A DNA stretch of 20,000 nt. Origin: Welwitschia mirabilis. Its lineage: Eukaryota. The stretch spans positions 12,225,479 through 12,245,478 of the forward strand of contig JBOZIK010000001.1 of assembly GCA_051453625.1 (NCBI GenBank). The letters run 5' to 3'. The number at the start of each line of letters is the position of its first letter. Position 1 is the first letter of the stretch. The notes under the pieces were generated by a model. That model searched no databases, was not told where the DNA came from, and saw only the letters and a program-made list of their open reading frames with translations. Below, piece by piece: positions 11,771-20,000 of the stretch. A program made the translations under genes and the position numbers.

Positions 11771-12729
11771 ATCCACACAAAGGATTTGGTGAGGAAGGTG
11801 CTTGATGCCATCATCTATTTATTCTGTAGGTGAACTCAAGAGATCTGCAACAGAAATGGTATTAGCTTCAAGAGGAATTTACACTACTTTTGAGTATTAA
11901 TAGTTTCAAAGACAGATGTTGAAGGCCTTTAGTAACTGTATAACCCTTGTCTCCTATAACTAAATTAAAATACCATGAAAGATGGTTAAATGTATGGTTT
12001 TTTATCACAAGTCCAAAAATGTTCTCATGAAAACCCAACCATGGAATTATGTATTGTGTGTTTTGTAAGCTATATGCCATGATAGATTCCATAGTCTTAT
12101 GATAAGAATAAAGAAGTCCAACATGTATCAAGAGATTAGGATATGGTGTTATTTTCTAGTTAATGAAGAAATTTTAAACCTTAATAAAAGCATATTCCAT
12201 AAGGTAATTAATTCCATTAAAAATCCTGAATTTTATAGTTGCCAACTAGTTGTAGTAACTAGTTTTTGAAATGTATGCTGAATTAATTGTTATGAAAAGT
12301 CATGACCATGACTAGTTAAAGGACATGACTATTGATGTAATTTTTCATTCCCTATTTTTCCATTTCATTTTTAATCATCTTTAAATGGTTTCTAAAATTT
12401 TGAATATATAATGAATTGAGTGAGTAAGAGAGAATTCATTCTACCATTTACTTAATTATTTAATTTTGTAATTTATAATTTTGACTCCTATATTGACCAT
12501 TACATTGTATCAAAACCTTTCCAACAAATATCCCATTGGGTTGCTCCATGATCGAGGAACCTATGTAATGCAAAAAAGCTCCGTTTACAAGTTCTGTTAT
12601 GGTGTATCATATTATCACTTGAAGTTTAAGCAATAGTACCCAAAAGCGACCACCAAGAGCAACCACAGCACCATCAACAATAAATCCATGACATCAAGAA
12701 CCCTCGCAATGAGGAATGTGGATTTTTTT

Positions 12730-13330
12730 AAAGCACAAATTCCAAAAACGTATTTTGAAGAAGGTGGACAACTACCTTACATAAGAGGATATTACAGTCA
12801 TAAATGACAAGAAAAATGCTTGAGAGAGAACCTACAACAAATGAAGAAAAGTGATTACATGCCTATGTTTTGGATTATCATTGTCCATAATACCATCCCT
12901 GTTTGTAATGATCCAGGGAATGCCATCTCTGGAAGCCACATGGATCAAACTACAGAAGTTTTACAAAGAAACAAATGAAACAAAGTTGATAATGTGTTAA
13001 TAAAAGATGATAATTGAAAATGGAAAACTAAAAAGGCATTTACCATGTAATTATAAAAATCAATAAGTTGTAAAAATATTAAGAGAGGATAGTTAGGAAG
13101 TCCTGGATACAAACATGATCAACTACCCAATTAAAGCTCTACCAAGCTCATGGAACAATTTGTACAGACCTTTAACACCTTTAGGAAAGGCGTCAAGCCA
13201 TTCAAAGAATTATGTGCATGTTGAAGATGAAAAAGATGAAAAGATGATATCCAAAAAATCTTATGACAACACAGAATGAGCATATTCCATGACAAATATA
13301 AGGAATGATGAACATCAAAAGATAGAGGGA
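12730..13330 (+). pseudogene. Degenerate Ty1/copia gag (UBN2-like) relic
   Basis: IQGMPSLEATWIKLQKFYKETN (from 12911) resembles I...TAKEAWxKLExLY; KALPSSW/EQFVQTF...PFKELC (13131-13220, one frameshift) resembles LPxSWExFVxxL...FEEL. Confidence 0.7.
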
Positions 13331-14799
13331 AGATGCTTTGCAAAACAAGAGCCATTCTAATTGAGATCTACTGTTACAACCTTAAAAAAAAACAGAGCGA
13401 AGGCACCAAAGTTCAGGAAGATGAATTCACACTTCACAAAACCAAGAGCAAACCAAAAAATAGGAGAAAAAGGGTAATCAAGATGTAAGTAAGACACAAT
13501 ATAATTATGATTATGTAAACCTTGGATGATTTAGATGTGGAAAGCCCTTAAGAAAGGTCTTGTAAACTATTATCTCGGTGATTAGAAATTTTTGGCTCCT
13601 TGGTATGTTAATTCTCATTGTTTCAAACATTTCAGTGGTAATACAAAGTTGTTTAAAAACTTAAAACCAATACGATTTTACTCTGATTGCTCCAAGGCAA
13701 TAATGCTTCTATGTAGGTATGCGAAAAATAAGTACCAAGATTTTAAAAAGGGGTTAAAATAAATAATGTTTGTTATACTTTTAATGTTACAAACGTTACT
13801 TTTGTGTCACACAATTAAGCAATCCCAGCTATAAAATTGTTATGGAAGATGAAAATGATAAACCTGAGCATAAAATATTCAAAAAATACAACAATCAAGT
13901 GTTGGCATTAAGTGTTAGAATGGTGTACCAAAACAAAATCTTGTATAAAAAGCATCTGTCATGATTTAATGTTGAAAATGAAGGTTACCCCTTGCCACTC
14001 CATTTACATAGCATATTTAAAAATAGAGCATAAAACAAGATTCAAGTAAAGGTAAAGGTAAGAATGAGGTTTTAAGTTTCGTTCATGTAAAATCCCTCAC
14101 CCTATTTAAAGGGCTTAAATGTTCAAATCCTTACATGGTATGGTAGTAGGTTCATTTGCACAACTAATAAAAGAACTCTTCGTTCTCCTATGGGTGTTTA
14201 ACCATAAAAATCTGTGCGATTTGTGGCTCTTTTTGTTTTGTCTTGATAAGTGCCCCTTTTTTATTTAGGACATCATAGGTTCAAACCTTGAAGGAGGTGT
14301 TGTATTATAAGAGCCTAATCATTTTTCCTTTCTTATCTTTTTCCCTCCTTCGCTAAGCACAAAGAAAACCTGTTTCTATAGTGGTCATGCATGAATAAAA
14401 CATATGCAATGCAAACAATGCGGAACAACCATCCTGCTAGGAAACAATATTTTGCCATAAGAAAGTTTTTGCACAAAGCTGCCAAATCACACCAAAGAGT
14501 GAGTGCACTCAAACTGAGAAACACTGCTGTAAATGACCTCAAAAAAGATGCTGATTCCTTTCCACTGAAATATGATATCAAATACAAAGTGGGAGACTCT
14601 TCTTCGAGACCTTGCTTTTATCGGTGCTAACAAACCTCAAGGGAATCCACACATGCAAAAAATCAATGACAGAATTTGAAATCAACAGCTCATGGTTTGA
14701 GGCCAACTTAAACCAATCCCCCATTTCCGGGGAATACTAGCAGTTAACAAACATATGATCTCTAGTCTCCATAGTTAATTTGCTAAAAACACAAGTGCC

Positions 14800-15270
14800 A
14801 TTATCAGTTAGCCCACTTCTTTTCAGGCAAGCTGATCTCATTTGAGGTATCAAGTCATAACTATTATAAAAATCCTTAACCTTGGGCTCATCATGATGTT
14901 ATTCACCAAGATAGGAAACCAAAGTCTTCACCTGCCATTGAAGACTTGTAAGCCTTAGATTGAAGAGGTGGTGTAACCTTGCTATAGGCATTTGTCAACA
15001 ATTAGGTATTAAACCGTGCAATTTTTTTATGGATTCTCTAAATTGGAGATACATTGATGATTTGGCAGTGCGTTTGAAAACTTGTAACCACCATAAAGGT
15101 ACATTAAATTCATAATGTACACCCAAGGCTTATGGGGCATTCCCAATGTCCGAGCAAGTTTACCCAAAAATCCTTGTTCAGCTCAATATGATATCAAGGA
15201 TTCAATCCTCCCTTTCACCATGGCTTACAAACTGTCTTCCAATCCTTTATTTGGGTAATCATTATGGTTG
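14800..15270 (-). mobile_element. Degenerate L1-type LINE ORF2 fragment (after the RT domain); boundaries approximate
   Basis: DWKTVCKPW*KGGL...ELNK/FLGKLA (about 15150-15244) resembles the plant L1 motif W..VC.PK..GGLG....N.ALL.K..W. Confidence 0.7.
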
Positions 15271-15422
15271 TACTCCTAAAATAAGTAGTCACTATAAGTT
15301 TCCACTTCAACGTTGCCATCTTGTTGTTTCATTTAGTTGTTTTATGCTTCACCACTTTATTATTGCTATGCATAACGTCTGCATTTTTCTAGCAATCATG
15401 TACAAAATTCCTGTTATTCATG

Positions 15423-15492
15423 TTATGTTTCTCTAACACATTTTTAATCTAAAACCATTATGTTTCTCTAATATTTTTTTAATATAAAACCA
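15423..15492 (+). repeat. 35-bp tandem duplication
   Basis: ttatgtttctctaacacatttttaatctaaaacca / ttatgtttctctaatatttttttaatataaaacca. Confidence 0.88.
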
Positions 15493-16033
15493 TAAAAGAC
15501 TCTACACATGGATTTAAAATTTCAAAAATCTCATTCAACTAATTGTTCCATAATTTTTCATCTTACTTTTTACGCTTTAATTGACTTTGCCCAACTGAAC
15601 ATTTAAGAAGGGCATAATTTCTTTATATATACTTTACATAGAGAGATTTTTTTACAGTTACTTTAATTGTTCTAACATGAAATTTTTAATCTCACTGATA
15701 TCTAGAATCAACAATCACTGTTCCTAATCAAGGCTGATTTTGCCAACATACAATAGCGTTCTGATCTCTAAAGCAAACCTTTAAGAACATTATATGTATG
15801 AACAAAAACGATAAAAACTGCCTATGTTATGTGGTGCATAGTGCCCATGCCAAATGTGTGCCGTGAATGTGAGAGTGCATACAAAAGGATCAAGATTTAA
15901 AGGAATTAAGAACTGCACATCATATATTCTGTGATCAAATTTCCCAATCATAAATACACATGGGACAACAAATTAAAAGGAAACAAAATTTGGATCTATA
16001 GTGTCCAATAACACAAGCCCTCAAAAGTCTTAC

Positions 16034-16175
16034 AATGATAGGATACATGTCAACAAGGGAATGGAACTGGCTTGCATAGAGGAGGCAATGGCCAGTTAGC
16101 AGCAAAGCATTATTCGCTGCTTGTGCCTCATTCAATTGCAGCAATAATACATCTGATATCAGCTCTAGATTTTGT
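16034..16175 (-). other. Candidate downstream exon (3' UTR or C-terminal extension) of the ARID gene
   Basis: Branch-like ctaat/ctaac and tttgcatttttAG acceptor at 16177-16176; GTAAGA donor at 16033; more GC-rich than its flanks. Confidence 0.5.
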
Positions 16176-16354
16176 CTAAAAATGCAAACATTCAAAATTA
16201 AGGGTTAGATTAATTAGGGTGCATGTACATTTAATACAGGTCTTTGCATCGAGCAAAGAAAACAGCTCATCTGGAATGTGGTACATTATAATACAATTGT
16301 TGCCGCTTCAGCCTGCAAACTTAAGCCATGTCAACCCACAAACAGCATGCACCT

Positions 16355-16447
16355 TCATCTTGGCTTCTCACGCTCTGTTCCTTGTGGCATAACCCGGATA
16401 CTACATCGAGGGCATATATATTCAAGGCCATCAGTCTTGGCATAATC
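16355..16447 (-). CDS. ARID4: Last coding exon of an AT-rich interactive domain protein with a C-terminal PHD finger (At3g43240 type, named ARID4 or ARID5)
   Basis: After the acceptor ttttgtaccatttgcAG the phase-0 frame reads DYAKTDGLEYICPRCSIRVMPQGTEREKPR*. DYAKTDGLEY(I/V)CPxCS is the end of the PHD finger in this plant family. Too short for the ORF track. Confidence 0.9.
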   Translation of the reverse strand, partial: DYAKTDGLEYICPRCSIRVMPQGTEREKPR

Positions 16448-16741
16448 CTGCAAATGGTACAAAACAAGTTACGATGTCTACAGACGATCTCAAAAAAGCA
16501 ATATGGAAACAACGAATAATGGTAAACAAATTGGACGTGGTGACAAACGGACGATGTGTCTCAATACCAATAAATCTACTAGATTTCACATAAGCATTCA
16601 AAAACTGATTTATTTAACTTCATGCATTCTTCAAAATAAGGCAAAAGCATTATATAAGCTCATGTAAATGTGCTTCCAAACAAATCTTTGTTTTAGATTC
16701 AAACTAGTTTGTTTTCAATGATCCCAAACAACCACCCTGGC

Positions 16742-16786
16742 CTCTCTCTCTCGCTCTCACTCTCTCGCTCTCACTCTCTCGCTCTC
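16742..16786 (+). repeat. CT-rich microsatellite with a 14-bp unit repeated about three times
   Basis: (ctctctcgctctca) x2 plus ctctctcgctctc. Confidence 0.9.
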
Positions 16787-18218
16787 TTGCCTTTAAGAAT
16801 CAACCCAGAATCCTTTCATCACCTTGTTCTGGAAAATCCAAAATAAGAACGGAGTAAGGCTTATACACAACACTGTGAATCATTTGCATTTCACAAAATG
16901 TGAATGATTTAGGGTTTAAAAATATAAAAAAAAGAACACAATTTTATTAATTTTTATTGGAAATTTGTACTTCTTTCTACTTACAATGTCGAAAGATTAT
17001 CTTATTAACTGATTTTGCACACTGTAGTAAGCTGATCTCTCTAGAATTTGCTTTTCTCCAGTGTTTTCAGTTTGTCTGCTTCTCGAGAGTTTCGATGACT
17101 CCACAAAAGAAAAACTCATGTTTGGAAGGAAGCATCTACAGGATAGTTAGCATACTTAAATGATAGTAATAGTCTTATAAAAATCACATGATATCTATTG
17201 ATTTATACCATTTGTTATTGCTATCTTAATACAAGATTCTTGGTTGGTTGGAATTTTCTATGACAGCTGCATTTTGAGTTTGAAATGCCTACAATGATTT
17301 CCATGACATTCTGGTTTGTGTATCATTTCATGCCTATCGACCTTAAAACATGTTTTTAAAGTTTAATATGAATTATGTTTTCTACATTGTAGATTTGTAG
17401 TTTACAAAACAATTTCAATTGTACAATAGCATGTCAATTAACAGAACTGCTAATAGTTAAATGCATATGTTGTTGACAAAGTGAAGATAAATCATGATAG
17501 AAATTGGTGATCAAGCCTGGATTAGTTGCAGGGTTTTTCAGATCCTGTTTCATCATCAGAATGAAAGAGACATACTTCTTAGGGTGGTTTTCCCTCCTTG
17601 ATTTCAATTCATAGGATTGCAATATAAAATCCATTCCTGGGTAGTCTGTTCAAAGAGTTATTGCATTGCATTAAATGTAAAAGTACGTTTAAAATATGTA
17701 AAAAGGTCCACATGCATTAGGAGGATTAGCTATCTGAGCCTTGAGGCAATTTGTATCAGTCACTTTTTAATAATGAAAGTGGGAGTTATTTGTCTTCGAA
17801 TCCCAAAATCTGCTAACGGGCGGTGATAGCTGACTGACTGAGTCATAGCTAACTAAGTGTCAGTGATAGTGCCAGTCAACTGAAGATCAATCTATGAGTC
17901 AATCCTATGTTGCATGTTATTTTTAATGCAATGGGGGAGGGGTGGTAGTTGTCCTGCACCAAAAAGAGGGGAAAAAAGAGGAGAATAGGAAAAAATGAAG
18001 AACAAGAAAAAGCTTTGTGCCTCCCTCCCTCCCCGCTCTCTGGGGCTTTGACTGCTATTGCTTCTATCATGTTATTGTTTATGCTTCTATAACATTGGAA
18101 CTCTTCAAAAAAAAAAGAATTATTTTCCATGCATCAAATTTCGCCTTCTCTCTATGTTCTTCCTCTTTAAGGAGCTTCTGTTGCAAACTCACGTTGTTTT
18201 GTATCAGAGTTTTTGATA

Positions 18219-18845
18219 TGTAAAGCCAAATTTGCTATTTTATGTGGTAATGTTATGTTTAACATTGACCCCTCTTTTAACGTTGTAAAAAGGAGAGCTA
18301 AGATGTTAACTCCCTTAGGGTGATTTATTAAAAAAGAGGGAGGAAGGATGAAAGATAAGGTTGGCTTGAAGCCCTAACCCTAAGCTTATTTAAACCTGCA
18401 CTAGGCTTGGCAGTATGAGTCTTGACATTTTGCTCCTAAACTATCAATAGATCTCTGCATTGCTTCTCGTGGATGTAGGGTAAAAAGGGCCTAAACCACA
18501 TAAATCTATGTGTTGATCCTTTCTTTTGGTGGTTGTTCTATTTTGTTTTTAGCGCATTCTCGTTGATAAATCTGCAACAAGTGGTATCACAGCAAGGTTC
18601 CAAGTGCTTTCTGTTCAGTTGAAGCACTCAAGTTTGCTTTGCAAGGCACACATTTCCATACGTTTTTGGTCGTTCATACAATTTGTACGCTTGCGTTATG
18701 TACTTTTGCAGTGCTAGGGTTTTGAAATGAAGCGTCTGCAAACAAGAAACAGGCTTATAGGCCTAGAAAATTGGAGAGTTCATAAAATCTTGATGTAAAC
18801 AGCAAAAGCAAAGGCAGATCTAACGACAGATGGTACCATTGAAAA
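18219..18845 (+). mobile_element. Ty1/copia element A: 5' LTR (18219-18579), PBS, leader and truncated gag start
   Basis: TGTAAAGCC...CAACA LTR; PBS TGGTATCACAGC at 18582-18593; 18727-18798 encodes MKRLQTRNRLIGLENWRVHKILM*, homologous to the gag start at 19534. Confidence 0.85.
18582..18593 (+). promoter_or_regulatory. tRNA-iMet PBS of copia A
   Basis: TGGTATCACAGC, one mismatch to TGGTATCAGAGC, 2 nt after the LTR CA. Confidence 0.85.
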
Positions 18846-19059
18846 TGTGAAGCCAAATTTGTCTTGTTTATATTATAACATTATGTTTTAACATTGACAC
18901 CCTTTTTTGTAATGTTGTAAAGAAAAAGAAGGAAGGAAAAGGGGGAGGAACTTTCTAGATTGTCTTAACTTGAAACCCTAAACCTATTTAAAGGTTCTTT
19001 GGGGGTTTGTTTTGTGTGGTTAATTGAATAAGATTAAGAGCTCTGTTTGCTTCCCGTGG

Positions 19060-19410
19060 CCTTTTTTTTTTGTGAATGAAATTAGGAAAATTTCATTGCT
19101 GGAGAAATGATGAAATAACAACTCTTACATAGAACAGGACTTATCTTGGCGCCTGCTAATGATCTGAAACAAGGGAGGAAAAGACCTAACGCTACAGATC
19201 TTTTTTCGAATGACGTGGCTGAGAAGATAGCTTGCTATCTCGGAGCTTGGGCGATGAGCTTCCTACTTGTTCATTAGCGCTTCTTCAGTGCCCTTGGAGG
19301 TGTTCTGGAGCTCTCCAAGAATAACAGCTTTACAGGAAGTGGAGAGTCTGCCATATTCCTGCAGCTTCAGTCCACAGGAGACTCGCCACAAATATGCGCC
19401 AAAGGGTTTT
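19060..19410 (-). mobile_element. 5'-truncated LINE-like insertion with a poly(A) tail inside LTR B
   Basis: Segment absent from LTR A; T10 at 19062-19071 is poly(A) on the minus strand, preceded by aatgaaa; minus frame PFGAYLW...KAVILGEL loosely resembles the L1 ORF2 C-terminus. Confidence 0.7.
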
Positions 19411-19492
19411 CCACATAAGTTTGTGTGTGTTTTTCTTGTGCTCGTTGTTTCATTTTCTTTAGCATTGATTTGCACTTAAGATTCCTAACAAG

Positions 19493-19504
19493 TGGTATTA
19501 GAGC
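19493..19504 (+). promoter_or_regulatory. tRNA-iMet PBS of copia B
   Basis: TGGTATTAGAGC (one C>T), 2 nt after the LTR CA. Confidence 0.9.
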
Positions 19505-19533
19505 AAGGTTCGAAGCGCTAGGGTTTGCATAAG

Positions 19534-20000
19534 ATGGAACGGTTATCAATGATAGACAGATTGGTTGGAGTCGAGAACTGGAGAAATTGGAAAATCCTGA
19601 TGAAGGGCGTTCTCTACTCGAAGGATTGTGATATTTTTCTCAAATCAAAAGGCAAAGGAAAAGCAGTATCCAGATTGTCAAATGCTAATTGGTTGAAGAA
19701 ATACCTTGACAAAGAATGGGAAAAACTCAACTGGAAAGCTCTCACCACAATCCGTCTATGTCTTGGCAATGGTATACTTGTAACATACAAGGGAATAATC
19801 AAGGCGCATGTCTTGTGGAAAACTTTGAATGAAAGATATGATCAGCCCACTGGAATGAAGAAATATTATACGATTAACAGGGTTTTCAAGACTAAATGAA
19901 GGAAGGCATGTCTTTGCAAGTTATTTGGATAAGATGAATGGCTTGTTTGCTCAGATTGATGATTTGGGTATAAATTTCGAAGAAGATCTTCGAGTTGTTG
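19534..20000 (+). pseudogene. Copia gag (UBN2-like), frameshifted
   Basis: MERL...ENWRNWKILMKGVL...WEKLNWKALTTIRLCL...AHVLWKTLNERY. It continues as MKEGMSLQ / YLDKMNGLFAQIDDLG only after two apparent 1-nt deletions (near 19896 and 19919). Confidence 0.9.

Larger units (their letters stand above)
16448..20000 (-). other. Long TE-containing intron of the ARID gene (>3.5 kb, extends beyond the window)
   Basis: The expected preceding exon (..CGEWAHFGCDRR..GLG.FK) was not found in 16448-20000. Confidence 0.7.
18846..20000 (+). mobile_element. Ty1/copia element B: 5' LTR (18846-19490), PBS and gag; continues beyond the window
   Basis: TGTGAAGCCAAATTTG...CTAACA is homologous to LTR A; PBS TGGTATTAGAGC; copia gag follows. 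Confidence 0.92.

Noticed and set aside
11868..12131. Minus-strand ORF containing IGDKGY, like the PIF/Harbinger DDE motif
   Set aside because: I could not find the other catalytic motifs (DGTH, R..VE..FG) in the right order on that strand; likely chance.
14266..14310. ggttcaaacc box-B-like motif (tRNA/SINE) and adjacent ttgaaggagg-TGTTG (PPT/LTR-like)
   Set aside because: No box A, cloverleaf, tail, TSD or matching LTR was found.
14333..14630. Overlapping ORFs of 79-84 aa
   Set aside because: No recognisable domain; lengths are compatible with chance.
2691..15492. 28-35 bp direct repeats as a CRISPR-like array
   Set aside because: Each is an isolated two-unit tandem duplication without spacers, in eukaryotic DNA.
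15935..16519. ORF-track proteins 15935-16195, 16321-16512 and 16328-16519 as standalone genes
   Set aside because: The recognisable protein is in another frame (16447-16355); these ORFs cross splice sites or are antisense.
19263..19549. ORFs of 60-70 aa inside LTR B as a captured host gene
   Set aside because: They straddle the insert boundary; poly(A) orientation and weak ORF2-like motifs favour a LINE 3' end.
19890..19925. Programmed ribosomal frameshift in copia gag
   Set aside because: Two separate shifts are needed within the gag domain and there is no slippery heptamer; simple 1-nt deletions or sequencing errors are more likely.

Overview
AT-rich land-plant nuclear DNA made almost entirely of decayed retroelements around the 3' end of one host gene. 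1-5092: degenerate Athila-like Ty3/gypsy element on the minus strand (gag, protease, RT, RNase H, integrase, a tRNA-Asn-type PBS and part of the 5' LTR). After a 100-N scaffold gap, 5193-7925 is a second, diverged copy (gag plus a complete ~914-bp LTR). 7926-13330: older relics (possible copia pol fragment, plus-strand gypsy integrase followed by Athila-type extra-ORF motifs, copia gag). 16355-16447 (minus): last coding exon of an ARID/PHD gene of the Arabidopsis At3g43240 (ARID4/ARID5) type, with candidate 3'-UTR exons downstream and a LINE relic nearby. Its upstream intron runs off the window and holds two related Ty1/copia 5' ends (18219-18845 and 18846-20000); the second has a 5'-truncated LINE-like piece inside its LTR. 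I found no convincing novel biological system. The best leads are the in-frame exon beyond the ARID stop codon, the LINE replacing the loop of an LTR stem motif, and the tRNA-Asn-primed Athila-like family. Family assignments rest on motifs recalled from memory, not on database searches.
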